Origin: an uncultured delta proteobacterium | Lineage (GTDB): Bacteria > Desulfobacterota > Binatia > Binatales > Binataceae | Assembly (NCBI GenBank): GCA_963711565.1 | Contig: CAVQEQ010000003.1 | Span: 1,280,001-1,344,000, forward strand | DNA length: 64,000 nt | Direction: 5' to 3' | Shown: positions 48,006 through 57,558 of the stretch, piece after piece | How the letters are laid out: every line of letters starts with the position of its first letter | How positions within the stretch are numbered: position 1 is the first letter of the stretch | Program-made: the position numbers and the translations under genes | Notes under the pieces: generated by a model | What the model saw: only the letters and a program-made list of their open reading frames with translations | What the model was told of the DNA's origin: nothing | Databases searched by the model: none

Positions 48006-49869
48006 GGCGCATCCCCCAGCGGCCGGCGTGGCCGATCAGCATCGCGGATTCAATCACCAATGCGAGCAACGCCAGCGCGATCAAAATGAAAGTCAGCGGC
48101 TGCACTTGCTTTGCCGATTGCGCATTCGATGCGGCGGCGGTTTTTTCCGCGGGCGCGCTCGCTTCGGCCTGCGGTTTTGCGCCGAGGTCGGATTCGGCCG
48201 CGTCGTAGTAGTTCGCGAGCACCTGCGTCGTCACGCCGCCCGACTCGACGGTGTAGCGTCCCGCTTGCATCGGACGGATTCGCACGCGGCCCCATTTGTC
48301 GGCGGCGACTGTGCGCAGCGTCGCGTCGGGCTCGGTGACGCGCGCGCTTCCAGTCACAGGCACGCTCACATCCGCGCCCGTCGATACGATTAGAATATCG
48401 CGCGGCGCGGTCATTTGCTTCATCAGATCGACGGTCAGCACCAGCGCGTCGAGATGATCGGGCGCGAGCAGCAAGTGATCGCGCACGTCGAACGCCAGCA
48501 CGCCGAGGGAACCGCCCGCGGCGCTTCCGACCGCGGCAATCGGAATCGAGGCGTGACCCGGCCCGGTTGCCGTCGCGAGCAGATCCATCCACTCAGGCAC
48601 GGCCACGATTCGCGTCGCACCCAGCGGCAGGGAATTGAGCGCGGTCGATTCGCCGGTCGCGTCACCGCGAATGTTCGCGCTCGCAATCGTCCCGTTAACG
48701 GAGATTCCACTTCCGTTCTTCGCGGCGTGCGGCGGATATATCAGGAGCGTGGTCGCCGCCTTCACTGCGGGCACATAGCAATCGTGCATCACGACTATTT
48801 CGAACGGCATCGCGTCCGGCCCGGACGGCGCGACATACTTCGCCGGATCGGCGGTCTCGATTTGGAAATTGGCGTTGACCGCGAGCAGCACGCGCGCGAT
48901 GTCGTCGCGGACCGCGGCATCGGGCGACAGGACCAGGACGCGCGCCGCGAGATCGGATGGCGCGTACGCGTAGCGGCTATTGTCCGCGTCGATCGCGTCG
49001 GAAGTCAGAATTCGCGCGTGGATCAAACCGCCCGTCTTGAGCGGTCCGAAATATGCCACCATCTGTTCGCGCGGCGCGAGCATCATGGTCTGATGAAATT
49101 GCTCGTTGTCACCGAGATCGATCGCGAGTTCCGCCGGATGGGGTCGCGCAGAGAAGTTGCGAATCACAAGACGGCCACGCGTCGAGCCCGGGATGCCGGG
49201 ATCGAGCGATACGATCGCGAGGTTGGAGTCATCGGAGCCGACCTGGTGGAAATTTATCCGGGCAGTCGAGCCGGCGTCGGCAAGAATCGCGGGCGCGGGC
49301 GGGCGATCGGCAAACAGATCGATTTCCGACGAGCCGTGCGCTCGAATCAAGGCCGCTCTGAGAGCCGCTGTGCGCGCGGGGACTGCCATCGGAACCAGAT
49401 CGCCCAGCGCTTTGCGCAAGTCGTCCCGATTCGCCGTCTGCGGATGACGCACCTGCGCTTCGAGTGCGTACGCGATGACGCTGAACTCGTCACCGACCGG
49501 CGCTTGATCGATGATCTCAGTCGCCTGCTGCCGCGCCAGATCGATCCGCGTGCCGGAGCCTTCGTGCGCGCTCATCCCGGCGCCGAGATCGAAGACCAGC
49601 GCGTGACTGCGGCCATGACCGGGCAACGGGGGGCGCATCACATACAAGCCCGCGAGCGCGAACGTCAACGCGGCGAGAGTCAGCATCTCGAGCCAGAATA
49701 GCGGGTCGAGCCGCACGTGACGGACGCTCGCAACCGGCGCGGGCGCCTCGTCGAAAAGCATCAGGCTCGACACTTCGATCGTCGGACGCGAGCGCGAGCG
49801 CAGATAAATCAGCACCAGCAGCGCGAGGCTGAGACCGTAAACGAAGTTCTGTGGATTCAGGAAGCCCAC
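47998..49869 (-). CDS. BatA-domain/VWA protein
   Basis: MGFLNP...LIYL.......VSSLMLF (BatA), degenerate MIDAS DLGAGMS, and a C-terminal TM. Confidence 0.85.
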   Translation of the reverse strand: MGFLNPQNFVYGLSLALLVLIYLRSRSRPTIEVSSLMLFDEAPAPVASVRHVRLDPLFWLEMLTLAALTFALAGLYVMRPPLPGHGRSHALVFDLGAGMSAHEGSGTRIDLARQQATEIIDQAPVGDEFSVIAYALEAQVRHPQTANRDDLRKALGDLVPMAVPARTAALRAALIRAHGSSEIDLFADRPPAPAILADAGSTARINFHQVGSDDSNLAIVSLDPGIPGSTRGRLVIRNFSARPHPAELAIDLGDNEQFHQTMMLAPREQMVAYFGPLKTGGLIHARILTSDAIDADNSRYAYAPSDLAARVLVLSPDAAVRDDIARVLLAVNANFQIETADPAKYVAPSGPDAMPFEIVVMHDCYVPAVKAATTLLIYPPHAAKNGSGISVNGTIASANIRGDATGESTALNSLPLGATRIVAVPEWMDLLATATGPGHASIPIAAVGSAAGGSLGVLAFDVRDHLLLAPDHLDALVLTVDLMKQMTAPRDILIVSTGADVSVPVTGSARVTEPDATLRTVAADKWGRVRIRPMQAGRYTVESGGVTTQVLANYYDAAESDLGAKPQAEASAPAEKTAAASNAQSAKQVQPLTFILIALALLALVIESAMLIGHAGRWGMRHV

Positions 49870-49871
49870 GG

Positions 49872-50777
49872 CTATCTCACGATTCCGAGCAGCGGCAGTT
49901 CGCGTTCCATAAAACTATCCAGGTTGCCCGCGCCGAACGCCTGCGCATAGGTGATTGCGTGCGCCGTGCAGATCTCGCGGATACGGGCGGCGATCTTTTC
50001 AACCTTGCGCCGAATCGCGGCGACCGTCGTCGAGCCCATCTCGGTCTCGCGGACTTCGCCGGTCTCGGCGTCGCGGATGCGATAGAGTCCGGGTGGATAC
50101 GACGCGGTGCTCTCCTGCTCGCCCATCACTTGAATTACTTTTACGTCGTGGCGCGCCGCGACCAGCCGTTTGAGCGCATCTTCAACGTCGAGCTCGTTCA
50201 CCAGAAAATCCGAGATGACGACGACCATCCCGGCCGGCCGGCGCTGTAGCAGCAATTCATCGACGGCGGCGCCCAGACGCGTCTCGCCGCCCGCTCTCAC
50301 CGACGTCACGAACGGCTTGAAGTTGAGGTACGACTCGCGGCGCCGATGAAACGGCGTCGCTTCAAGCTTCATCGACCCGCGACGCATCGCGAACGCGCCG
50401 ATTCGCACCGCGTCGTTGTCGGCCATCCCGATGTAGGCAAGCGACGCGCCGATCGCGAGCGCGAGCCCGAGCTTGTCGTCGTGCTCGGGCAAGCCCATCG
50501 ACGCACTCGCGTCAACCAGCGCGGTGACCTCGACCTGGCGGTCGGCGCGGTAGGTTCGCAGCATCAGTTCGTCGAGCCGCGCGAATGCGTTCCAGTCGAG
50601 GAAGCGCAAATCGTCGCCGGGCGCATACTCCTTGAAATTTTCCGGCTCGATTCCGAGTCCCTGGATTCTGCCCAGCGCGCGCTGCCCGGTGCGGATGGTG
50701 CGGGCGCGCTTGATGCCCAGCACCAGGCGGTCGAGCTTGCGCAGAAACTCCGGCTCGAAAGCGCGTGCCTCGAGCAT
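49872..50777 (-). CDS. DUF58 domain protein
   Basis: EYAPGDDLRFLDWNAFAR, DASASM and VISDFL. Confidence 0.9.
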   Translation of the reverse strand: MLEARAFEPEFLRKLDRLVLGIKRARTIRTGQRALGRIQGLGIEPENFKEYAPGDDLRFLDWNAFARLDELMLRTYRADRQVEVTALVDASASMGLPEHDDKLGLALAIGASLAYIGMADNDAVRIGAFAMRRGSMKLEATPFHRRRESYLNFKPFVTSVRAGGETRLGAAVDELLLQRRPAGMVVVISDFLVNELDVEDALKRLVAARHDVKVIQVMGEQESTASYPPGLYRIRDAETGEVRETEMGSTTVAAIRRKVEKIAARIREICTAHAITYAQAFGAGNLDSFMERELPLLGIVR

Positions 50778-50787
50778 CGTGGGCCGC

Positions 50788-51828
50788 CTATACTTTCGCG
50801 GCGCGCACCGACTTGATGACGCGCTCGACAATGTGCGCGGCGTCGATTCCGTCGGAGAGCGCGGCGTAGTTGAGCATTATGCGATGGGCCAGCGCGGCTA
50901 CCGCCACGTGCTCGATATCCTCACGCGCGATATTGGCGCGCCCGTCGAGCAGCGCGCGCACCTTGGCGCCGAGAATCAGCGCCTGCGCGCCGCGCGGGCT
51001 CGAACCGAACATCACGTAGCGATTGACCATCTCGTCGTGCACGGCCCTCGCTTCGTCGGTCACGAAGCGCGAGTTCTGGGGCTGCGTCGCACGCACCAGC
51101 CGCGCCGCATAGATTTCCATCGCGGGGGCAGCCATCACTTCGCGCACCAGGCGTTTGAGCGCCTCAATCTGCTCGGGCGCATCCGCGGCATGGAAGACCG
51201 GCTCGATGCCCGCGTCGTCGGGCCCGGTCGTCGATGAAATGATTCGCGTCAGTTCGCCTTCGTCGGGATAGTTCAGGCGCACTTTGAACAGGAAGCGATC
51301 GAGTTGCGCCTCGGGCAGCGGATAGGTGCCCTCCATCTCGATCGGATTCAGCGTCGCCATCACGAAGTACGGCGGCTTGAGGCGATAGGTGGTGCCCGAG
51401 ACGGTCACCTGCAACTCGGCCATCGCTTCGAGCAGCGCGGACTGCGTCTTCGGCGTCGCGCGATTGATCTCGTCGCCGAGCAGGATATGGCAGAACGCGG
51501 GCCCCGGCTGAAAGGTGAACTCGCGCCGACCGTCGTCGCCCGACAAAATCACGCGCGTGCCGGTTATGTCAGCCGGCATCAGATCGACCGTGAACTGAAT
51601 TCGATTGAAACTCAGATTGAGCGCCAGCCCCAGCGTCTTGACCAGCGTCGTTTTGCCGGTGCCGGGCACGCCCTCGATCAACACGTGGCCGCCCGCGAAC
51701 AGCGCCGACAGCAACTCCTCGACGGCATGTTCGTGCCCGATGATCATCTTGTGGATCTCGGCCTGGATACGCCGAAACGTCCGGGCGAAATCCGCCACCG
51801 TCGGCGTTTCCGCCTGCACCGCGCTCAT
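50788..51828 (-). CDS. moxR: MoxR family AAA+ ATPase
   Basis: EGVPGTGKT, RIQFT.DLMPADI.G, DEINRATPKTQSALLEAM and NPIEMEGTYPLPEAQLDRF. Confidence 0.95.
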   Translation of the reverse strand: MSAVQAETPTVADFARTFRRIQAEIHKMIIGHEHAVEELLSALFAGGHVLIEGVPGTGKTTLVKTLGLALNLSFNRIQFTVDLMPADITGTRVILSGDDGRREFTFQPGPAFCHILLGDEINRATPKTQSALLEAMAELQVTVSGTTYRLKPPYFVMATLNPIEMEGTYPLPEAQLDRFLFKVRLNYPDEGELTRIISSTTGPDDAGIEPVFHAADAPEQIEALKRLVREVMAAPAMEIYAARLVRATQPQNSRFVTDEARAVHDEMVNRYVMFGSSPRGAQALILGAKVRALLDGRANIAREDIEHVAVAALAHRIMLNYAALSDGIDAAHIVERVIKSVRAAKV

Positions 51829-53183
51829 CGTTCGAATACCTGCTTGATGGTGGATCGATCGTCGGCCGGCACCGCCGAGCGCGCCACCGGCTCGTCCGGC
51901 TCCTGGTCCAGGCTGAGCGGAGTGCGCACTTTGGGCGGGACGTAGGCGTGGCCGGCGCCCTTTGCGCCGCGATCGAGCGGCCGCGCTTCGATCGCAATCT
52001 CGAAGCCCTCGTTGCCGAGCTTCGACGCCGCGGGCGCGCCGAACAGGCTGTCAGGATCGGCCCCGATTCCGTGCGCCTCGCCGCCGTTGCTGCTGTTCTC
52101 GCCGCTTTGCTGGATACTGCGTTCGCTCGCGCTGTCGTCTTTATTGGGGTTGTCCTTGCCGGCGTCGGATTCCACGCCTGCGGAGCCGGTGCCGCCGGAC
52201 GAAGGCTCGGAATTGGGCTGGCGCGAATCGTCCTCCTTCGGCAGCTCGAGGTCGAGCTTGGACTTTGGCTGATCTTGTTTGAACTGTCCGGCGACGTCGC
52301 CGTGCCGATTCTTCTGCCCATCGGGCGCGCGATGAATTTCGTTTTGATCCTGATCGCCGCCCGCATCGGCCAGCCGCAGGTTGAGGCGCTGCTTCGAGGC
52401 CGCCTGCTGCCCGGTCAGTTTGTTTTGTAAATTTCCCGCCATGTCTCTCGCGCGATTCACCAGTTGATTCAGCGAACTCCCGGCGGCGTCGCCGCCCGCG
52501 GCATTCTCACGCGCCAGCTTGTCCTCGAGCCGCTGCATGGTCGCGGGATCGGCTGTGACCTGCATTCCCGATTCATCGCCCGGATCGGCGGCCCGCAGAT
52601 GCAGCTCGTCGAGATCGACCGTCAGGTCCTGCTGCCCGTTGCCCGCTGCGACTTGCGGCGCGTGCCTGATTTTTGAAATCGGAACCGCGAGCGCCGCCAG
52701 CACGAGCGCTCCAGCCAGCGGAAAGATCGCACGCGACACTCGGCGACGCTCGATCTTCGAGGTTGCGAATTCGTCGTCGTGGCCGAGAGTATCTTCGACC
52801 AGGTACGACCACAGCGGACCGCGGGGCTCGCTATGCGCAAGCGCAACGATCGTCGAGAGGCGCCCCTTCAGCTCGGCACGGTCGTCGGCAATCGCCGCGG
52901 CGCGGACGGCGCTGGTGCGCATTCGCCATCCGGCCGCGATAGCACTCGCGATGCCGCCGGCTGCAATGACGATGAGGACCGACCCGCCGATGAGGAAAGC
53001 GAACGGCGACACCAGGTAGGCGCCGGCAAAAATCGCCGCGCCGCATGCGATCGCAATCGCGAGCGTGTAGAAAAGCGCATGCTGCAACGCCAGCGAGTTG
53101 AGTCGCATACGAACGGAACCGACCCGGCCCAGGATTTGCCCGAGTTTCTCGTCCGCTCGCTTGTCTTGTAAGGGAAACGACAT
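51825..53183 (-). CDS. Hypothetical membrane protein with coiled/low-complexity C-terminus, typical of MoxR operons
   Basis: Three TMs, D..AELKGRLST, and terminal VPADDRSTIKQVFE. Overlaps the moxR start. Confidence 0.8.
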   Translation of the reverse strand: MSFPLQDKRADEKLGQILGRVGSVRMRLNSLALQHALFYTLAIAIACGAAIFAGAYLVSPFAFLIGGSVLIVIAAGGIASAIAAGWRMRTSAVRAAAIADDRAELKGRLSTIVALAHSEPRGPLWSYLVEDTLGHDDEFATSKIERRRVSRAIFPLAGALVLAALAVPISKIRHAPQVAAGNGQQDLTVDLDELHLRAADPGDESGMQVTADPATMQRLEDKLARENAAGGDAAGSSLNQLVNRARDMAGNLQNKLTGQQAASKQRLNLRLADAGGDQDQNEIHRAPDGQKNRHGDVAGQFKQDQPKSKLDLELPKEDDSRQPNSEPSSGGTGSAGVESDAGKDNPNKDDSASERSIQQSGENSSNGGEAHGIGADPDSLFGAPAASKLGNEGFEIAIEARPLDRGAKGAGHAYVPPKVRTPLSLDQEPDEPVARSAVPADDRSTIKQVFER

Positions 53184-53290
53184 CAGAGGCGCCAAGCGCG
53201 TGGATCGAGAATAGTTTAGCCCCACAAGTCACGCAACGATGAATCTCCGACGTGAGCGCTGCCCCGGTCGATCAGACTCGCAAGAAATCT

Positions 53291-54187
53291 TCAGCGCGAT
53301 TCCTTGAGTCCGGCGTCGTCGGCCGCGCCCAAGGCGATCGCGCTCCAGTCCAGGTCGGCGCGCCCCTTGGCAATCGCCGAGACGAAGCGGTCGCGCAGCA
53401 GGCTCGCGGTCGGCATCGGCGCGTTCGCCGCCGTCGCGGCCTGCAGCACGAGGTCGATATCTTTCAGCCCAAGCGGCAGCCGAAATCCCGCGGGCGTGAA
53501 CCGCCCATGCGCGATTAGAGGCCCGTAGCCCTGATACACCGGCGCCGCAAAGATTGTTTTGGCGAACATGTCGAGCGCCGCCGCGGGATCGACCCCGCTC
53601 TTGCGCATCATCGCGACCGCCTCGCCCATCGCCTCGAGCGCCGCCGCGATCATGAAGTTGCCCGCGAGCTTCACCACGTTCGCCGCGCCGACGTTGTCGC
53701 CGAAGTCGAAGATTTCCGGTCCCATCGCTTCGAGGATCGGCTTCACCTTTGCCTTCGCATCAGCCGGACCCGAAACGCAAATCCGCAACTGCTTCGCCTG
53801 CGCCGCATTGGGCCGCCCGAACACCGGCGACGCCACCATCACACTCCCGTGCGACGCGTGATACGCGGCGAGCTCGCGCGTCGTCGCCGGCGACACCGTA
53901 CTCATCGAGAGATGAATCCCGTCCGGCGCAAGATGCTCGGCGAGCGCATCCTCGCCCGTCACCAGCGCCTCGAGCGAGGCGTCATCGGCGAGCATCGAGA
54001 CGACGACCCCGCCCGGATGCGCGACGTCGCCCGCGCGCGCCGCGCGATGCGCCCCCTTCGCGACGAGCGGCTCAGCCTTCGACGCGGTGCGATTGTAAAC
54101 CGTCAGATGGAATCCCGCCGCGAGCAGGTTCGCCGCCATCGGCAGCCCCATCGCGCCCAGCCCGACGAATCCGATTTTTTGTGTCAT
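53291..54187 (-). CDS. NAD(P)-dependent oxidoreductase (3-hydroxyisobutyrate dehydrogenase family)
   Basis: IGFVGLGAMGLPMA, YNRT..K, SPVFG, VVKLAGN and F.L.LG.KD. Confidence 0.92.
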   Translation of the reverse strand: MTQKIGFVGLGAMGLPMAANLLAAGFHLTVYNRTASKAEPLVAKGAHRAARAGDVAHPGGVVVSMLADDASLEALVTGEDALAEHLAPDGIHLSMSTVSPATTRELAAYHASHGSVMVASPVFGRPNAAQAKQLRICVSGPADAKAKVKPILEAMGPEIFDFGDNVGAANVVKLAGNFMIAAALEAMGEAVAMMRKSGVDPAAALDMFAKTIFAAPVYQGYGPLIAHGRFTPAGFRLPLGLKDIDLVLQAATAANAPMPTASLLRDRFVSAIAKGRADLDWSAIALGAADDAGLKESR

Positions 54188-54252
54188 GGATTTCAGGCTA
54201 ACACGAGGCCCATCTGTGGCAATGAATTTTCGAGCGTTCGATTACGCCACTC

Positions 54253-54981
54253 TTAGCGCGAGTGGACGACGCCGATACGCGGGCACACCGCCGCGATTTT
54301 GCATCGCGAGCACCACGGCAACGTCGGATTGCAAATCGTCTGCCCGAATGCGACCAGGATTCCGTTGTACTCGAGCCAATGCCGCGCCGGCAGCACTGCC
54401 CGCAGCGCAATTTCGGTCTTGTCCGGCGTCCTGGTGCGCACGAGGCCCCATCGATTCGAGATGCGATGCACATGAGTATCGACGCAGATGCCCGGCTTGC
54501 CGTACGCCTCGGTCACGACCAGGTTCGCGGTCTTACGGCCGACGCCCTTGAGCGTGAGCAGCGCGTCGATCTCGTCGGGCACGCGTCCGTCGAATTTGTC
54601 GATAAGGTCGCGGCAGATACCGCGGATGACGCGCGCCTTGGTGCGATAGAACCCCACCGGATAGATGAGGCGCTCGAGCGTCTTCGCTGACAGCGCGAGT
54701 GTCGCCTCGGGAGTATGCGCTTTTTCGAACAATCGAAGCGACGCCGCCGCGGTCGTCGCGTCCTTGGTGCGCAGACTCAGGATGCACGAAATCAGAGTGC
54801 GAAACGGATCGCGATGCTGCACCGCGATGAAGCCCACGATCGGCGCGTTCCACGACGGCGCCTCGCGCCTGAGCACGCGCAACACACGGCTGACCCCGCG
54901 CGCATCAAGCGGCGCACGACGCGCGGTTTCAATTTTCTTGTGCGACGTAATTCGCGGGTTCATCGAGCCGGTCTCAGCCAC
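54253..54981 (-). CDS. nth: Endonuclease III
   Basis: HhH motif LKGVGRKTANLV, VDTHVHRI and Fe-S motif C-x6-C-x2-C-x5-C. Confidence 0.93.
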   Translation of the reverse strand: MAETGSMNPRITSHKKIETARRAPLDARGVSRVLRVLRREAPSWNAPIVGFIAVQHRDPFRTLISCILSLRTKDATTAAASLRLFEKAHTPEATLALSAKTLERLIYPVGFYRTKARVIRGICRDLIDKFDGRVPDEIDALLTLKGVGRKTANLVVTEAYGKPGICVDTHVHRISNRWGLVRTRTPDKTEIALRAVLPARHWLEYNGILVAFGQTICNPTLPWCSRCKIAAVCPRIGVVHSR

Positions 54982-55002
54982 GCGGTTCGTGCGCGCTGTC
55001 TC

Positions 55003-55302
55003 TCAGGCTGCCCGCTGCGACTTAATCCGCTTCACCGCGTCGGGCCTGAGATTCTTGCGCGCCAGTTTAAGATCGTAGTGCGTTTGCAGATTCAGCCAGA
55101 ACTCCGGACTGTTTCCAAAATACAATCCCAAGCGCAGCGCCGTATCGGCAGTTATTCGGCGGCGGTTGTTCACGATCTCAGCGATCCGGTTCGGAGAAAT
55201 ACCGATGGCCTTGGCAAGCTGGTTCTGCGACAGCTTGTATTCGACCAGGAACTCCTCCTTGAGCATCTCGCCTGGAGTGACCGGTGCAAATTCATCCTTC
55301 AT
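55003..55302 (-). CDS. higA: HigA/VapI family antitoxin (orphan)
   Basis: PGEMLKEEFL....SQ..LA..I....RI.EIVN.RR.ITADTALRL..YFG.SPEFWLNLQ. Confidence 0.92.
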   Translation of the reverse strand: MKDEFAPVTPGEMLKEEFLVEYKLSQNQLAKAIGISPNRIAEIVNNRRRITADTALRLGLYFGNSPEFWLNLQTHYDLKLARKNLRPDAVKRIKSQRAA

Positions 55303-55312
55303 CGAAACTCTC

Positions 55313-55346
55313 CTAGTGGTAGTCACGGTACTCGGTCAACTTACGC
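55313..55346 (-). pseudogene. Possible 3' remnant of higB
   Basis: GAC TAC CAC TAG (D-Y-H-stop) lies 10 nt before the higA ATG, matching the typical HigB C-terminus VEIVDYH. Confidence 0.45.
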
Positions 55347-55518
55347 GATTTTAGCCGAAGACGTCCGCCGCCCCACCCCTTCGGGTCGCCCGCTCAATAA
55401 AGGGCTGCGCCGAGCATGCAGCATGTTAGCTTTACTCTTTCAAAGTCTGCTATTTGAGGTTGTGGCCTCATGCTTTTCGCCGCCGTATCATATTAGGCGG
55501 CACCGAGGGAGAATCGCT

Positions 55519-55953
55519 ATGAAAAGCACCAAGTTGATTGCTACCGCGACGTTCGCGGTCATAGTGCTCGCGTTTGCTGGTAGCGTTCGCGCCGGCGGGA
55601 AAGGCGGCGGCGGACACGGGGCCTCTGCGCACGCCGCGGGCCACACTGGTTCCCGCAATGGCATGGGAAATCGGTGGGGAAAGGGCTACAGACGTGGCCT
55701 GGTCAATAGCTCCTTCGGATCTTCCTATTACGGATACGGCGGTTACGGCGGCTACGGGAATGAGATCGTCGAGAACGACGATGAAGCCGACTGGTCCGAA
55801 CAATGGGCATCGATATACGAAGATAACGACGGCCCCTACGCGAGATCCACCCGCGAAACCTCATCCGGCCCAGCGCGCATGTGGGTATTTACGGACAAAG
55901 ACGGGGACACGACTACCTCAAGCTCTCCAAATACCTCAAGCTGTGGAAAATAG
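55519..55953 (+). CDS. Small secreted Gly/Tyr-rich hypothetical protein
   Basis: GAGGGAG RBS, signal peptide MKSTKLIATATFAVIVLAFAGSVRA, and a YYGYGGYGGYG segment. Confidence 0.65.
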   Translation: MKSTKLIATATFAVIVLAFAGSVRAGGKGGGGHGASAHAAGHTGSRNGMGNRWGKGYRRGLVNSSFGSSYYGYGGYGGYGNEIVENDDEADWSEQWASIYEDNDGPYARSTRETSSGPARMWVFTDKDGDTTTSSSPNTSSCGK

Positions 55954-56051
55954 CGGCGGCTAGATATTCGCGACCCTGATGCTCGCGCCGCAATGCGCCG
56001 GCTAAGCGCTTCACCTTAGACTCTCGACTGGTTGACGCCGCGCCTGCGACC

Positions 56052-57554
56052 GTGTTCCTTCAAGGCGTGATCGAAGCCTTCATTGCACGGGTGCGTTTGC
56101 GCGTCGCGATTGCCGCCACCTCGATGCTCGCCTGCCTCGCGATCGCCGGTTCCGCTTTCGCCGCATCACCTACGCCCAACCTTCTGCCGGCTGAGTCGCG
56201 GGGAGTGTCGCAGGCGCCGCCGCCTCAACCGATTAATTGGGACCGCGTCACGCAGGAAGCGACCGACCTGCTGTCCAGGTACATCCAGATCAACACCACC
56301 AACCCACCCGGCAACGAGCTCGACGCGGCGCGGATGCTCAAGGAGAAATTTCTCACCGACGGCATTCCCGCTACGACTTGGGAGCCGCAGAAGGGACGCG
56401 GGATCGTCGCGGCGCGCTTGCGCGGTATCGGCAAGCATACCAAGTCCATCATCCTGCTGAGTCACATGGACGTGGTGCCAGCCAATCCGAAGGAATGGCA
56501 GGTCCCGCCGTTCTCGGGCCTCGTCAAGAATGGGCAAATCTGGGGACGCGGCGCGATCGACGACAAGGGCCCCGGCGTCATCGAGCTGATGGCGATGCTC
56601 GCGATCAAGCGCGCGGGCATCCTGCTCAATCGCGACGTTTTGTTCATTGCCACCGGCGACGAGGAAGAAGGCGGCAAGAACGGCGCGGGATGGTTTGTCG
56701 ATCATGAGGCCAGCGTCTTCTCCGACGCCGGTTACCTGCTAAACGAAGGCGGCGGGATTAGCCCGCTGGCCGACAACAAGCGAAAAGTTTACGTGGTGTC
56801 CGTTACCGAGAAGACGCCGCTGTGGCTCCGGCTCACCGCCAGCGGCCCCGCCGGGCACGCATCCGATCCGCCGTCGGAAACCGCGGTCACGCGGCTGGTG
56901 CGCGCGCTGGACAAGTTGAGCGAGTACAAAACGCCGATCCACGTGATCGGGCCGGTGCAGGATTACTATCATACGATGGCCGAGCTCGATCACGGTCCCA
57001 AACAGCAGCTCGATCTCAGCACCGCGCTGAAGGATCCCGAATATCAGAATAAGTTTCTTGCCGATCCGAGTCAGAATGCTGCCGTGCGCGATACGATTAC
57101 GCCCACGGTGCTGTCCGCCAGCCAGAAGACCAACGTGATTTCCGAGACGGCGTACGCCGAAATCGATTGCCGGCTGCTGCCGGGCAGCGATCCCAAGACG
57201 GTCACGAGCGACATCAAGAAAGTGATCGGCGATGACACGATCAAGGTCGATGTGCTCCTGAACTTTCCGCCGATCTCGTCGCCCTCGCGCTCGCCCCTGA
57301 TGACCTCGATTGATACGCTGGCGCGGGAGCACGATCAGGCCAGCGTGGTGCCGTCGATGATCATCGAATTCACCGACAGCCACTACTTCCGCCAGAAAAA
57401 GATCGTCTCTTATGGTTTCATCCCGATCGAAGTTCTCCCCGCCGAGGGAAAAGGCATTCACGGCATCAACGAACGCATCGGCGTGAAGGAACTCGCCGAC
57501 GGAATTCAGCGGATGGTAGAGTTGCTCAAGAATTTCGGGGCCAGAATTAGGTGA
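56052..57554 (+). CDS. M20/M25/M40 metallo-hydrolase, probably exported
   Basis: SHMDVVP, WGRGAIDDKG, GDEE, LNEGG, GHAS and HGINERI. Confidence 0.92.
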   Translation: MFLQGVIEAFIARVRLRVAIAATSMLACLAIAGSAFAASPTPNLLPAESRGVSQAPPPQPINWDRVTQEATDLLSRYIQINTTNPPGNELDAARMLKEKFLTDGIPATTWEPQKGRGIVAARLRGIGKHTKSIILLSHMDVVPANPKEWQVPPFSGLVKNGQIWGRGAIDDKGPGVIELMAMLAIKRAGILLNRDVLFIATGDEEEGGKNGAGWFVDHEASVFSDAGYLLNEGGGISPLADNKRKVYVVSVTEKTPLWLRLTASGPAGHASDPPSETAVTRLVRALDKLSEYKTPIHVIGPVQDYYHTMAELDHGPKQQLDLSTALKDPEYQNKFLADPSQNAAVRDTITPTVLSASQKTNVISETAYAEIDCRLLPGSDPKTVTSDIKKVIGDDTIKVDVLLNFPPISSPSRSPLMTSIDTLAREHDQASVVPSMIIEFTDSHYFRQKKIVSYGFIPIEVLPAEGKGIHGINERIGVKELADGIQRMVELLKNFGARIR

Positions 57555-57558
57555 TGCG

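Noticed and set aside
54715-55953. 412-aa ORF as given in the track
   Set aside because: Its 5' two thirds are antisense to nth and higA. Only the part from ATG 55519, with RBS and signal peptide, is credible.
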